This document shows, one piece after another, positions 10,055 through 20,056 of a DNA stretch of 64,000 nt. Below the pieces are notes generated by a model. That model had not been told where the DNA came from, ran no database searches, and saw nothing but the letters and a program-made list of their open reading frames with translations. How positions within the stretch are numbered: the stretch's first letter is position 1; each line of letters starts with the position of its first letter. The position numbers and the translations under genes are program-made. The stretch comes from Gemmatimonadota bacterium (GTDB lineage: Bacteria > Latescibacterota > UBA2968 > UBA8231): positions 128,156 to 192,155 of the forward strand of contig JAYOYH010000001.1 of assembly GCA_038153405.1 (NCBI GenBank), read 5' to 3'.

Positions 10055-11027
10055 CGCTGCGTCCCCCGCCGCGTATGAGCACGGCTGGATTTTCGCGAAT
10101 GAGCTCGGTTGTTTCGCGAATGTTTTGCAAGGTTTCCTCCAGATCCTGCATGGCGCGCAGCAGGTTTTGACGACTGGCGCCGACGGTCTGATCAATGCCG
10201 ACAAAAGTGCGGTCTATGTTTTTGACCATAGTGTCCATGCGCGCAATGAGCAAGGGCAGTGGGCCGTCCATCTGCTTGCGCATGCCCTCCATCGTCAGGC
10301 TTAAATCGTCGATAGAGCGCTGTAGCTTGACTCCGGTTAGCAGTCCGTGCAGCGAATCCATCGTTGTGCTCATCTGCTGCGTCGTGGCGGCTAAGTGTTG
10401 ACTAGTTAAATGCACTTGCAGCATGGTGCTATCGAGCGCCGTGCGGTTGTCCTGCACTAACTGGTTGGTCGTGTGCACGAAATCGCTGGCGTTGGAAAGA
10501 AGTTGGGTGAAAACGCGCCGGTTTTCCTCGTTGAGCAAGGTGTTGAAATTATCAATCGACTGTTCTACTTTGACGCTCAACGCCTCGGCGCGCTCCTGTA
10601 AGTTGCTGAAGAAGGTTTCACTGGCGCGGATGCGCGAGCCGGATGGCAGAACTTCGGCGCCGTTGCTCCCACCAAAGAGTTCGATGTACTTGAGGCCGGT
10701 GATGCCTAGCGAAGCCATGCGCGCTTCAGTGTCGACGCGGATGGCGTTTTCGGCGCTGCGGCGCTCGACGGATATTTCTACGATGACCGTGCTCACGTCG
10801 TCCGGCGAAATATAGATGTCTTCTATGCGTCCGACATTGAATCCGAGGTACTTGACGGCGGCCCCTTTGTTGAGTCCGCTCACGGGCATGCCGGTAAACT
10901 CGATGGTATACACATCGCGCTTGCCCAGCAGCTGCGTGCCAATTACGGTAGCTAAGAAAAGGCCTAGCACCGAGGTGGCGACGATAAAGAAGAGCGCTAG
11001 CCTTGTTTTTTGTGCCCTAGTGGCCAT
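10041..11027 (-). CDS. mlaD: MCE/MlaD protein with a long C-terminal helical region
   Basis: N-terminal TM, VSGLNKGAAVKYLGFNVGRI, GITGLKYIEL, then about 190 aa of heptad-rich helix ending ENPAVLIRG. Confidence 0.9.
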   Translation of the reverse strand: MATRAQKTRLALFFIVATSVLGLFLATVIGTQLLGKRDVYTIEFTGMPVSGLNKGAAVKYLGFNVGRIEDIYISPDDVSTVIVEISVERRSAENAIRVDTEARMASLGITGLKYIELFGGSNGAEVLPSGSRIRASETFFSNLQERAEALSVKVEQSIDNFNTLLNEENRRVFTQLLSNASDFVHTTNQLVQDNRTALDSTMLQVHLTSQHLAATTQQMSTTMDSLHGLLTGVKLQRSIDDLSLTMEGMRKQMDGPLPLLIARMDTMVKNIDRTFVGIDQTVGASRQNLLRAMQDLEETLQNIRETTELIRENPAVLIRGGGRSGGSE

Positions 11028-11084
11028 GCATGTACACTTTGGTAGTTGTCGAAAAGCGAAAAGGGCCCCGTAGTGCGTTGGGGG

Positions 11085-11113
11085 AATATGGGGATAGCAC
11101 CGGTCTTATGCAA
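11085..11113 (-). promoter_or_regulatory. sigma70-type promoter of the MCE operon
   Basis: TTGCAT-N17-CATATT on the minus strand, about 60 bp upstream of mlaD. Confidence 0.55.
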
Positions 11114-11139
11114 GCGATACCGGATGCGTGCGCAGGGCG

Positions 11140-12015
11140 CTATCTAGCGGGTAAAACGGCGCGGACGGCGGCCGGTGCCACTTCGAGCACGAGAGGCGTT
11201 TGACCGCAGTATTCGCCGTCGGCAAAGAGCAGGCGATTGGCTTCGCCGCCAATTTCCAAGAAGTCCGTGCGCTCAATGCGCACGGCGGGATGGCGAATGT
11301 GCCGACCGCTGAATACTTGGGGAAGCAGCGATAGGGCCTGCAAATAGGAGAGCGGCTCGACGATGCACACGTCAAAGAGACCATCGTGTGGCGTGGCCTG
11401 TGGCGCGATACACATACCGCCGCCGTAGGAGCGCGTATTGCCGGTGGCCGCTAAAAAAACGGGCTGTTCTACTAAGCCAAAGGTGCCGCGCAGTTCGGCC
11501 ATGGGCGGCCGGTAGTGGCGCAGGTGGCGAAGGGACTGCGCAATATAGCCCGGCGTGCCGCTGAAGGGAGCATGTCCGGCAGACATGGCGGCGCTTACTT
11601 CTGCATCAAAGCCAAAAGCGGCAACGGTAGAAAAGTAGCGATCGCCCGCGCGGCCCAAGTCGATGGGCTTCGCCTGACCTGCCAATAGGCAATTCACCGC
11701 GCGGCTGAGGTTGCGGGGGATGCCTAGGGCACGCGCCAGATCGTTGGCGGTGCCAAAGGGCAGCAGGCCCAGCGCGGTGTGTTGGCCGACGAGTGCGGGC
11801 AGCACTTCTCCAATGGTGCCATCGCCGCCGCAGACGGCCAGTATGGATACCTCTTCGGATACGGCCTGTTCGGCGATCTGGCGGCCGTGCCCCTTTTGGT
11901 GGGTATAGCGCAGTTCGACCGCTTGCCCGCTGTCCTGCAGCAGCAGCGCGGCTCGTTCGGCAAAGCGGCGCGCACGACCGCTGCCAGCGGTGGGGTTGGC
12001 TAGGATCCATATCAT
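11140..12015 (-). CDS. Diacylglycerol/lipid kinase family protein (YegS/BmrU-like)
   Basis: NPTAGSG, GGDGT, PFGTANDLA, YGGG and ADGE motifs. Confidence 0.92.
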   Translation of the reverse strand: MIWILANPTAGSGRARRFAERAALLLQDSGQAVELRYTHQKGHGRQIAEQAVSEEVSILAVCGGDGTIGEVLPALVGQHTALGLLPFGTANDLARALGIPRNLSRAVNCLLAGQAKPIDLGRAGDRYFSTVAAFGFDAEVSAAMSAGHAPFSGTPGYIAQSLRHLRHYRPPMAELRGTFGLVEQPVFLAATGNTRSYGGGMCIAPQATPHDGLFDVCIVEPLSYLQALSLLPQVFSGRHIRHPAVRIERTDFLEIGGEANRLLFADGEYCGQTPLVLEVAPAAVRAVLPAR

Positions 12016-12283
12016 GGATGCGCGGTGCTACCTCGTCCGTGTAGGAGGCAATTAGATCGGAGTGAACGTGGCAATGATACGCATAAATACGCGATTCGAC
12101 TACGGGAAGGACAGCGAGTCATATGAGTAAAGGAGCAACGGGCGATGGCTGCAATCGGCGCGACGCACTGCGCCAGCACGTCGGACATCCCTATATAACA
12201 GGGCAGCATTTGCAGCCGCCGCCTCAGGCAGAGCAGGAGCGCGAAACAGAGGGTACACCCAAGAACAAACAGGGCGGTAAAAC

Positions 12284-12312
12284 TTGTAAGGAAAAGGACT
12301 AACGCCTATATT
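12284..12312 (+). promoter_or_regulatory. sigma70-type promoter of the acyl-CoA reductase gene
   Basis: TTGTAA-N17-TATATT. Confidence 0.6.
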
Positions 12313-12393
12313 TACAAGTCTAAATTTAAAATGCATTTATGTGATTATTTCACCTCATCTTAGACGCGCGGTGGAATATATTTTTAACGCCTT

Positions 12394-14028
12394 ATGATAC
12401 GAGAATTCTACGCGGGACGAACGGTCCTGCTGACCGGTGGTACGGGGTTTTACGGCCAGGGGCTGTTGGCCAAAATGATGCGTTCTTTGCCCGACATTGA
12501 ACGCATCTACGTGCCGATTCGCAGCGGTAGGGACAAGAGCGGTCAACCGATTGGCGTCGGAGAGCGCCTGCGCTCGTTGCTCGACCAAGCCGTCGTCTTT
12601 GACCGCTTTCGCCGCGAAGACCCGCAGGGCTTTGCGGCCGCTGCGCAAAAGGTCGTGGCCATCGAATGCGATATGCTCAAGCCGGGTCTCGGCTTGGCCG
12701 CCGACGTTCGGGCGCGTCTGCTCGATGAGTTGGACGTGCTGGTCAGCTGTGCGGCAACGGTCTCTTTTGACGATCCCCTCGACCACTCGCTGCAACTCAA
12801 CACGCTGGGATCGCGCGAAATGCTGGAACTGGCGCGTGCCTGTCACAACGACCCCGTGTTGGTGCATGTGTCGACGGCTTATGTCAACGGGCGGCGCGGC
12901 GGCATTATCGCCGAGGAAACGCTGCCGCTTGATCGCGATATCAAGCAGCTTATGGACGGGGGTGAGCCACAGCATCCCTTTGACGTCGAGGCGGAAATCG
13001 CCGATGGACTGGCGCGCTGCCAGCACATACGCGCCCGCGCGGAAAGTGCCGAGCAGGAGGCGATTTTTCGCCGCGAAATAGTCGAACAAAGTCGTTCGGG
13101 CGAGCTATCGGAAGCGCGTCTGGTCAAGCTGATGGAGGGGCATCGCAAGCGCTGGATAGAGGCCGAATTAGTGCGCGAGGGCATGCAGCGAGCGCACGCG
13201 CGCGGCTGGAACGACGTCTACACCTATACCAAGGCTATGGGTGAGCATCTGCTGGTAAAAGATCGCGATCAGGTGCGCCTGGTGATCGTGCGTCCGGCGG
13301 TTACGGAGAGCAGTCTGAACGATCCCGAGCCGGGCTGGATTCACGGGCTCAAGGTCACCGACCCGCTGGTGGTGGCCTACGGACGCGGTATGGTGCCCGA
13401 TTTTCCAGCGCGTCGCGGGGCGCCGATGGATTTGGTCCCCATCGATATTGTCGTCAACTCAATTATTTTGGCGCCGACCCAGGCAGACGCTCAGCGCGTG
13501 CGCGTATTTCACGCCGCCACAAGCGGTGAAAATCCGCTCTACAACACCAAGATGTTCGAATACATAAAGGGCTATTTCACCGCCTATCCGCTGTTGGGCA
13601 AGGATGGCTCGCAGCCCGAGTTGGTCGAGTGGACCTTTCCCAGTGTCGCGGCATTTCGCCGCGTCTTACACTGGCGCTACATGTATCCGCTCGAAGTGCG
13701 CCAGTGGCTGTTGGACAAATTGCCGCAGGGCGCTAGCACCAATAAGAAAAAGCGCCGCTTGGGAGCTATCAGAGCGCGACTCAAGCGCGTGCTCTACTTC
13801 GTCGACCTATTCAGTCCCTATACGACTTTGGACTGTCGCTTTCAGATGAGAGAAATGCTTAAGTTATACGAGTCGTTGCCCCCCGAAGAACGCGAAATGT
13901 TCAACGTCGATGTGCGCCGCATCGATTGGGAACAGTATTACCAGCACATCCACCTACCCGGTCTACGCCGCCACGTGCTCAAAGGCGAGGCCAGCGGCGA
14001 TCCAGTATTTGCCGAAGTCGATGCGTGA
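12394..14028 (+). CDS. Alcohol-forming fatty acyl-CoA reductase (FAR; NAD_binding_4 plus Sterile domain)
   Basis: TGGTGFYG, HVSTAYV, YTYTKAMGE, IVRP and C-terminal FNVDVRRIDWEQY..HLPGLRRHVLK. Confidence 0.85.
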   Translation: MIREFYAGRTVLLTGGTGFYGQGLLAKMMRSLPDIERIYVPIRSGRDKSGQPIGVGERLRSLLDQAVVFDRFRREDPQGFAAAAQKVVAIECDMLKPGLGLAADVRARLLDELDVLVSCAATVSFDDPLDHSLQLNTLGSREMLELARACHNDPVLVHVSTAYVNGRRGGIIAEETLPLDRDIKQLMDGGEPQHPFDVEAEIADGLARCQHIRARAESAEQEAIFRREIVEQSRSGELSEARLVKLMEGHRKRWIEAELVREGMQRAHARGWNDVYTYTKAMGEHLLVKDRDQVRLVIVRPAVTESSLNDPEPGWIHGLKVTDPLVVAYGRGMVPDFPARRGAPMDLVPIDIVVNSIILAPTQADAQRVRVFHAATSGENPLYNTKMFEYIKGYFTAYPLLGKDGSQPELVEWTFPSVAAFRRVLHWRYMYPLEVRQWLLDKLPQGASTNKKKRRLGAIRARLKRVLYFVDLFSPYTTLDCRFQMREMLKLYESLPPEEREMFNVDVRRIDWEQYYQHIHLPGLRRHVLKGEASGDPVFAEVDA

Positions 14029-14082
14029 CTGTGTGTCGCACCGCGCGCTACCTGCCCATGCGCTAGTTCTCCTTTAGAAATC

Positions 14083-14868
14083 ATGTATCCCTACCTCATA
14101 AAAATCGGTCCGATTACCATCGCCAGCTTTGGCCTGATGGTAGCGCTGGGTTTTCTGGCTGCGCTGCAGGTGCTCAGCAGGGAACTGCAGCGCAGAAATG
14201 TGGCGGATGGAGCCGAGCTCGCCTCTTCGATTATTACCACGGCAATGATCGGTGGGCTGATCGGCGCAAAGCTCTATTTCGTTCTATTTGAGACCCCGTC
14301 CAACTTGGAGTGGGGCGAGCTCTTCGACTTGATATTCTCTGGCTACGGCTTGACCTGGTACGGTGGCTTTATCGTCGCCACAGCGGCCGTTATTTGGCAG
14401 ATGCGGCGCCGTGCGGCTCCCGTGCTACAGGTGGCTGATGCCGCCGGTATGGCCTTGGCCTTGGGCTATGCCATTGGCCGTATTGGCTGTCAGCTGGCTG
14501 GCGATGGCGACTACGGCGCGCCGACCGACCTACCGTGGGGTATGGCCTATCCCAACGGTGTCGTGCCCACGCTAGAGAAGGTGCACCCTGCGCCGGTGTA
14601 CGAGACGATGGCCCATTTGGCCATCTTTGCCATTCTGTGGAAAACGCGTGCCGCGATCGGCACGCCGGGTCTGAGTTTTTGCTGCTACCTAGTATTATCG
14701 GGCCTAGCGCGTTTTAGCGTCGAGACCATTCGCATAAATCCGCGCGTGCTGTGGGGACTCAGCGAAGCGCAGCTCATCAGCGTGGCGATGATCGCCGTGG
14801 GATGTGGCTGTGCCTGGTGGGTGCTGCGCGCCGATACAACGAGACGTCGGGAGGTCAACAGTGAGTGA
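14083..14868 (+). CDS. lgt: Prolipoprotein diacylglyceryl transferase
   Basis: [34 protein letters not shown] and RFSVE motifs. Confidence 0.9.
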   Translation: MYPYLIKIGPITIASFGLMVALGFLAALQVLSRELQRRNVADGAELASSIITTAMIGGLIGAKLYFVLFETPSNLEWGELFDLIFSGYGLTWYGGFIVATAAVIWQMRRRAAPVLQVADAAGMALALGYAIGRIGCQLAGDGDYGAPTDLPWGMAYPNGVVPTLEKVHPAPVYETMAHLAIFAILWKTRAAIGTPGLSFCCYLVLSGLARFSVETIRINPRVLWGLSEAQLISVAMIAVGCGCAWWVLRADTTRRREVNSE

Positions 14869-16327
14869 AGCCGTGCGCTATCCGCGCGTATCCAGTTTTA
14901 AAAGCGCAGCATCATTTCGCGCCCACTTAGCTTCTATTGGCGTGGAAATAGGCTGTGATGACGATATCCTCAAGGCGCCCGATTCGCCGCTGGCCCAGCC
15001 CTATGTGCTGGGCTCAATGGGTGTGGGCAATCGCTTTTGCATTCAGCCAATGGAGGGCTGGGACGGCACCCCCGATGGTCAGCCCAGCGAGTTGACCAAG
15101 CGCCGCTGGCGCAATTTTGGACTGAGCGGAGCCAAGCTCATTTGGGGTGGCGAGGCCTTTGCCGTCGTACCCGAAGGACGCGCCAACCCCAACCAGTTGA
15201 TGGCTAGACCCGAAACACAAGGGGCCATGGCCGAACTGCGCGAAATACTGCTGACCGCACACGGCGAAGCGATGGAGGGGTGCGACGATCTGCTACTGGG
15301 GCTGCAGGTGACCCATTCCGGCCGCTTTTGTCGTCCTTTTCGCAAAGATCGCATGGAGCCGGCCATACTCTATCGCCATCCGTTGCTCGACGGGAAATTC
15401 GGTCTCGGCCCCGACTATCCGCTGATGGAGGACAGCTATATAGATGACCTCATCGGCCACTATGTGCAGGCGGCCAAGCTCGCGTGGGAGGTTGGCTACC
15501 ACTTCGTCGATGTCAAGCACTGCCACGGCTACCTAGGGCACGAGTTTCTCAGTGCCTACACGCGACCCGGTTCGTACGGAGGCTCGTTCGAAAACCGCAC
15601 GCGCTTTGCTCGACACATTATTGAAGGCATTCACCGCGAAGCGCCTGGCCTGCAGATCGGCGTGCGCCTGAGCGCTTTTGACTTCGTGCCCTTTAGGCCC
15701 GATCCCGACGGCGGCGACGAACGACGCATGGGGGCAGGTATTCCCGAAGCATATGCAGAGGCGCTGCCCTACGACTATGGATTTGGTCTCGATCCAAACG
15801 ACCCGCTGCGCATCGACCTGGCCGAAGCCCTGCGCTTTATTGAAATGCTCAGCGACTTGGGCGTGCAGTTGATTAACATTTCCTGTGGGAGCCCCTACTA
15901 CAATCCACACATTCAGCGACCGGCGCTCTTTCCCCCTTCAGATGGCTACCAGCCGCCGGAAGACCCTCTCGTTGGGGTCGCGCGCCAGCTCGACGTTGTG
16001 GCACAGATCAAGGCGCGCTTTCCACACCTGGCCGTGGTCGGATCGGGGTACTCCTACTTGCAGGAATTTCTGCCGCATGTCGCTCAGCACAGCGTGCGCA
16101 GCGGCAACGTCGATTTCCCCGGTCTGGGGCGCATGGTGCTATCCTATCCAGAGTTGCCGCGCGATGTGCTCCACGAGGGAAAGATGGCGCGCAAGCTGAT
16201 TTGCCGAACCTTCAGCGACTGCACGACGGCTCCGCGCAACGGCATGGTTTCGGGCTGCTTTCCGCTCGATGATTTTTACAAGGAGCGCGAAGAGGCCAAA
16301 ACCTTGAAAGCGCTCAAGGCGGGCTAA
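14861..16327 (+). CDS. NADH:flavin oxidoreductase (old yellow enzyme family)
   Basis: GTG start at 14861 after [31 protein letters not shown] and [11 protein letters not shown] motifs. Confidence 0.88.
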   Translation: MSEAVRYPRVSSFKSAASFRAHLASIGVEIGCDDDILKAPDSPLAQPYVLGSMGVGNRFCIQPMEGWDGTPDGQPSELTKRRWRNFGLSGAKLIWGGEAFAVVPEGRANPNQLMARPETQGAMAELREILLTAHGEAMEGCDDLLLGLQVTHSGRFCRPFRKDRMEPAILYRHPLLDGKFGLGPDYPLMEDSYIDDLIGHYVQAAKLAWEVGYHFVDVKHCHGYLGHEFLSAYTRPGSYGGSFENRTRFARHIIEGIHREAPGLQIGVRLSAFDFVPFRPDPDGGDERRMGAGIPEAYAEALPYDYGFGLDPNDPLRIDLAEALRFIEMLSDLGVQLINISCGSPYYNPHIQRPALFPPSDGYQPPEDPLVGVARQLDVVAQIKARFPHLAVVGSGYSYLQEFLPHVAQHSVRSGNVDFPGLGRMVLSYPELPRDVLHEGKMARKLICRTFSDCTTAPRNGMVSGCFPLDDFYKEREEAKTLKALKAG

Positions 16328-16328
16328 C

Positions 16329-17060
16329 GTGGTCGATCAGACGGAGCCGGTCGCCATTGTAACAGGGGCAGGAACCGGTATTGGTCGCGCCGTGGCGCGC
16401 GCCTTTGTCGATGCGGGAATGCGCGTAGCGCTGTGGGGGCGTCGGTTGGATACGCTAGAACAAGCGGCACTCGATCTGGATCCACAGCGCGTGTATTTGA
16501 CGGCCTGTGACGTGGCCGATCGCGCGCAGGTGCAAACGGCCGTAGACGCACTTCAGGCGCAGTGGGGTGCTGTTGATGTGCTCGTCAACAACGCGGGTAT
16601 CAACACAAACCCCCGTTCGATTGCCGACGTCGATCCAGCCGATTGGGACCGCACGGTCGCGATCAATTTGACGGGCGTTTTCAACGCCACGCGCGCCGTC
16701 TTGCCAATCATGCGCGCGCAGCGGTCTGGGATTGTAATCAACGTCGCCTCGATTGCCGGTCTGCGCGCCAGTCAAGTGGCCGGAGCGGCCTATTCGGCTA
16801 CCAAGCACGGCGTTGTTGCACTCAGCAATTCGCTCAACGACGAGCAGGTCGAATACGGCATACGCGCTTGCGCCCTTTGTCCGGGCGAAGTGGAGACGCC
16901 GATCCTCGAACAGCGCGTCGAGAACGTGAGTGCCGAGCGGCGGGCGGCTATGCTGCAGCCGCAGGACGTCGCTGCAGCCGCGCTCTTTGTCGTACGGCTG
17001 CCGCCGCGTGCCTGCGTGCCGCTCCTCGTTATAAAGCCCACGGTGCAGAGTTTTCACTAG
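16329..17060 (+). CDS. SDR-family oxidoreductase
   Basis: TGAGTGIG, NNAG, YSATK and PGEVETP motifs. Confidence 0.92.
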   Translation: MVDQTEPVAIVTGAGTGIGRAVARAFVDAGMRVALWGRRLDTLEQAALDLDPQRVYLTACDVADRAQVQTAVDALQAQWGAVDVLVNNAGINTNPRSIADVDPADWDRTVAINLTGVFNATRAVLPIMRAQRSGIVINVASIAGLRASQVAGAAYSATKHGVVALSNSLNDEQVEYGIRACALCPGEVETPILEQRVENVSAERRAAMLQPQDVAAAALFVVRLPPRACVPLLVIKPTVQSFH

Positions 17061-17092
17061 CGGCCCGCACTGATTGCCGAGCGCGTGCGCAG

Positions 17093-18202
17093 TTACGAGA
17101 GTCCTTTGAGCCCGTGACCCGATAGAATGGCGACTAGCGTGGCATCTCCTGCCATGCTGTGCTGTCGGCAATAGGCGTGCATGCCCTGCCACACCACCGC
17201 CGACGTCGCTTCGACGCAGATCCCGCCTCTGCCAAACTGCCGCAGCCCCTCTTCTATAGCGGCTTCTTCAACTGTTACGACGCTGCCGCCGGTGGTGCGC
17301 AGGGCGTCCAAGAGCGCCCGTCCGCGCACCGGTTTGGGCAAGGCGATGCCTTCGGCGCGCGTTGGCTGCGGCTGTGCACAGGGCGCGACTTCTTCTGCCC
17401 GAGCTTGCCACGCCGCGTAGAGCGGAGCTACCTGCGCAGCCTGCACGGCCACTAAGCGCGGTATGCGCTCTAGGCTGCCTGCTTCTACCAAGCGAGAAAA
17501 TCCCGCATATAGGCCCAATAAAATGCTGCCGGCGCCCACCGGGCAGAATACGACGTCGGGCGCGTTCCATCCCAACTGCTCGGCGATTTCGAACGCCAGC
17601 GTTTGCACGCCATAGATAAAGAGGGGGTTCCACAGGTGCGAAGCATAGACGGCCTCGCTTTGGCCTAGGTAGTCGAGCAGGGCGCGTGTGGCCTGAGGGC
17701 GCGGCCCATCGACGCGTAGCAATTTCGCTCCGTAGCGGCTGATTTGGGCGAGCTTGGCCGGCGAGGCAGAGGCCGGGCAAAAGACGGTAAGCTCAATGCC
17801 GGCGCGGGCGGCATAGGCTGCTAGTGCGGCCCCGGCATTGCCCGACGAATCCTCGACGGCCTTGCGCACGCCCTGGCGCTGCAGAAAGTTCATCAACAGC
17901 GCGGCGCCGCGGTCCTTGTAGGATCCCGTCGGCTGGGCGTAGTCGCACTTTAGTAAAACGCGTCGATCGGCCAAGTCGAATGGAACCAAAGGAGACATGG
18001 TCTCGCCCAGCGACAAGGTCCCCGCCCACTCGGGCAGGGCTTCGGCATAGCGCCAGGGGTTCGGTGGGCGCTCGGCCAAGCGCTCAGCCGGGAAGGCGGC
18101 GGGCACCTGTTTGCATTCGAGCGGGCCGCTGCACGACGGGCAGCGGTAGTTATCCAATGGGTCGATTTCGCACGGGCTGCAAACGGGGCAAAAAAAGTGC
18201 AT
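17093..18202 (-). CDS. Threonine synthase-like PLP enzyme (fold II) with N-terminal Cys motifs
   Basis: Start at MHFFCPVC. CxxC pairs, PTGSYKDRG, SSGNAG, PVGAGS and SGHGLK motifs. Confidence 0.85.
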   Translation of the reverse strand: MHFFCPVCSPCEIDPLDNYRCPSCSGPLECKQVPAAFPAERLAERPPNPWRYAEALPEWAGTLSLGETMSPLVPFDLADRRVLLKCDYAQPTGSYKDRGAALLMNFLQRQGVRKAVEDSSGNAGAALAAYAARAGIELTVFCPASASPAKLAQISRYGAKLLRVDGPRPQATRALLDYLGQSEAVYASHLWNPLFIYGVQTLAFEIAEQLGWNAPDVVFCPVGAGSILLGLYAGFSRLVEAGSLERIPRLVAVQAAQVAPLYAAWQARAEEVAPCAQPQPTRAEGIALPKPVRGRALLDALRTTGGSVVTVEEAAIEEGLRQFGRGGICVEATSAVVWQGMHAYCRQHSMAGDATLVAILSGHGLKGLS

Positions 18203-18203
18203 A

Positions 18204-19487
18204 TCAGGCCGATGCCAGCGCGGCGCGCGTGCCCTCGATGTCGAAACACGCCAACTGGTTGCCGCGCATGAGCCGTTCGGCCAGCCCAATGGCCTGTGCT
18301 TCGTCGAGTAGCCCATCGTCGATCTCGGCCTGTAGGCTGCGGCCCAGCCAGCGCCGAGCTTGAATCGCGTAGGCTGCTGCCGAGGTCGGCCAACCGGTGT
18401 CGCCGCCAAAGGCAAAGAGCTTGTTGGCCGGTGCCGCGTGAATAAAGCGGCGCACGAAGTCGGCCGAAGAAAACGGGTCAATGGACCAGGCCCAGCACAG
18501 GTCGGCCCAGACGTTGCGGTAGTGCTTGACGAGGGCGATGAGTTCGCCGCTGTAGGGATAGGCAATGTGCATGAGGACAAAGCGGCAGTCGAGATAGCGC
18601 GCTAGTAGGTTGCACAGATGGCCGCTCTTTATGCGGTCGACGGGCATGCGGTCGTTGCCGGCGTAATAGCCCGTGTGAATTTTAAACGGCAGTCTGTATT
18701 CGATAGCCAGTTCGACGCCGCGCGCCCAACACCAATCGCCCAATAGCAGGCGGTCTCCCTCAGCAATTTCATCGCCGTTGAGCGTGCGTTGCAAAACGCG
18801 TTCGGCATCGGCATCGCTGCGTTCCTCCCAGCGCAGGGTGCGGTTATAGGCGTGCTGCGCCTTGACGGCGATGGCATAGCGACCGTAGCGGGCAAAGAGC
18901 GCGCCCATGGCTTGGCGCAGAGAGGCGAGGTCGCTCACTTCGATGGCGGTGTCGGCGTGCAGCGCTGCCGCATCGATTTGCCCGTTGCAGAATCCGGCCC
19001 AAGACAGGTCGTAGAGAAAGAAGTCGCGGCCCGATTCGTCGGGCAGGCAGGGCCAGCAAAAATCGTCGGTTTGCACGTGGTCGAGGTTGGCTCGATCGCG
19101 TAGGAGGTGCAGGCGGCCACCGGGCTGGCGCCACTGGACCAGCTGTGCCTGCGCCCGTTCGAGTGCCGCACCGCTAAAGTCCTCCATGCCGTAAATTTCG
19201 CGGGCGAGAATGGTTACGGCCTCGCCGTAACCGGTGTGTTGAACGGCTTCCCACGCGGTGCGAATTCCCTCAAAGCGCACGGCAAAATCGCCGTTGCTCG
19301 CATCGGTAAGTTGCCGCATCGCTTCTGGGGTGGCTCCAGCCGAAAGCAAGTCTGCGGGGATATAGTTGCCGAAGAGGTCTTGCAGAATATCGGGGCCGTC
19401 ATCGCTCCAATCGCGCTCTTTACGCAGGTGTTCGTGCGTATCAATGAGCGGTGTTTCTCGTATGAAATGCTGCAGATTCGTTGCCAT
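18204..19487 (-). CDS. Amidohydrolase-family protein (uronate isomerase-like fold)
   Basis: IDTHEH, KIHTG, VLMH.AYP, DLCW and FGGD motifs. Confidence 0.8.
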   Translation of the reverse strand: MATNLQHFIRETPLIDTHEHLRKERDWSDDGPDILQDLFGNYIPADLLSAGATPEAMRQLTDASNGDFAVRFEGIRTAWEAVQHTGYGEAVTILAREIYGMEDFSGAALERAQAQLVQWRQPGGRLHLLRDRANLDHVQTDDFCWPCLPDESGRDFFLYDLSWAGFCNGQIDAAALHADTAIEVSDLASLRQAMGALFARYGRYAIAVKAQHAYNRTLRWEERSDADAERVLQRTLNGDEIAEGDRLLLGDWCWARGVELAIEYRLPFKIHTGYYAGNDRMPVDRIKSGHLCNLLARYLDCRFVLMHIAYPYSGELIALVKHYRNVWADLCWAWSIDPFSSADFVRRFIHAAPANKLFAFGGDTGWPTSAAAYAIQARRWLGRSLQAEIDDGLLDEAQAIGLAERLMRGNQLACFDIEGTRAALASA

Positions 19488-19540
19488 GGACGCCCTCGCG
19501 GAATGGGTCGGTTAAAACGGGTGGCGATCTTTGCTGGGGG

Positions 19541-19569
19541 ATGATATCGAGCGGTAGGAGGCATGTCAA
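19541..19569 (-). promoter_or_regulatory. sigma70-type promoter of the amidohydrolase operon
   Basis: TTGACA-N17-TATCAT on the minus strand. Confidence 0.65.
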
Positions 19570-19577
19570 TACTGCGC

Positions 19578-19606
19578 TTGTGTCCCTGCTCAACTTGGGA
19601 TATACT
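19578..19606 (+). promoter_or_regulatory. sigma70-type promoter giving a near-leaderless mRNA
   Basis: TTGTGT-N17-TATACT ending 9 nt before ATG 19616; no SD. Confidence 0.5.
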
Positions 19607-19615
19607 GGATCCACT

Positions 19616-20047
19616 ATGGACATACATCCGCAGGTTGTTCACTTTGCCGTCGCGCTGATCCCATTTGCCGCCCTGCTCGATCTATATGCCCTATGGCGCG
19701 GTGGGCGCGCTTGGCACCACTTTGCCTATGTCACTTTTGTCGTGGGCGTCGCCGCTGCGCTGGGGGCTGTAGTGAGTGGCAACGCCGCTGCTGCCGAGCA
19801 CTGGGATCGAGAGGACGTGCAGCTCGTTCTGTCTACGCACGAAGACTGGGCGACGGCCACGCTGCTGTGTGGACTGGCGCTGGCACTAGGGCGATTGCCG
19901 CTGCATCTGCGCAAAGAAGCAGATGGAAAGCGCATGCTGCCGTGGGTTCTTGGAGCCCTTGCAGGGGCCACGTTGATAGCCGTTACGGCCCATTACGGAG
20001 GGGTGCTGGTTTACGAGCACGCCGTTGGGCTGGGCGGGAACGAGTAA
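19616..20047 (+). CDS. DUF2231-like membrane protein
   Basis: HPQVVHFAVAL, HE, and TAHYGGVLVYEHAVG motifs; four hydrophobic segments. Confidence 0.8.
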   Translation: MDIHPQVVHFAVALIPFAALLDLYALWRGGRAWHHFAYVTFVVGVAAALGAVVSGNAAAAEHWDREDVQLVLSTHEDWATATLLCGLALALGRLPLHLRKEADGKRMLPWVLGALAGATLIAVTAHYGGVLVYEHAVGLGGNE

Positions 20048-20056
20048 GAATGGGCG

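Noticed and set aside
12012..12209. 65-aa ORF overlapping the lipid kinase start
   Set aside because: No recognisable motif or SD, atypical composition, and it lies in a divergent promoter region.
12016..12300. CsrB-like sRNA in the GGA-containing intergenic region
   Set aside because: About ten GGAs in about 290 bp is only modestly above expectation; they are not in regular hairpins and there is no clear terminator.
17093..18580. Extended N-termini in the ORF track (also 9278-10204, 23785-24561, 26174, 28124, 45461)
   Set aside because: The extensions overlap neighbouring genes; downstream starts with SD or stop-start coupling fit better.
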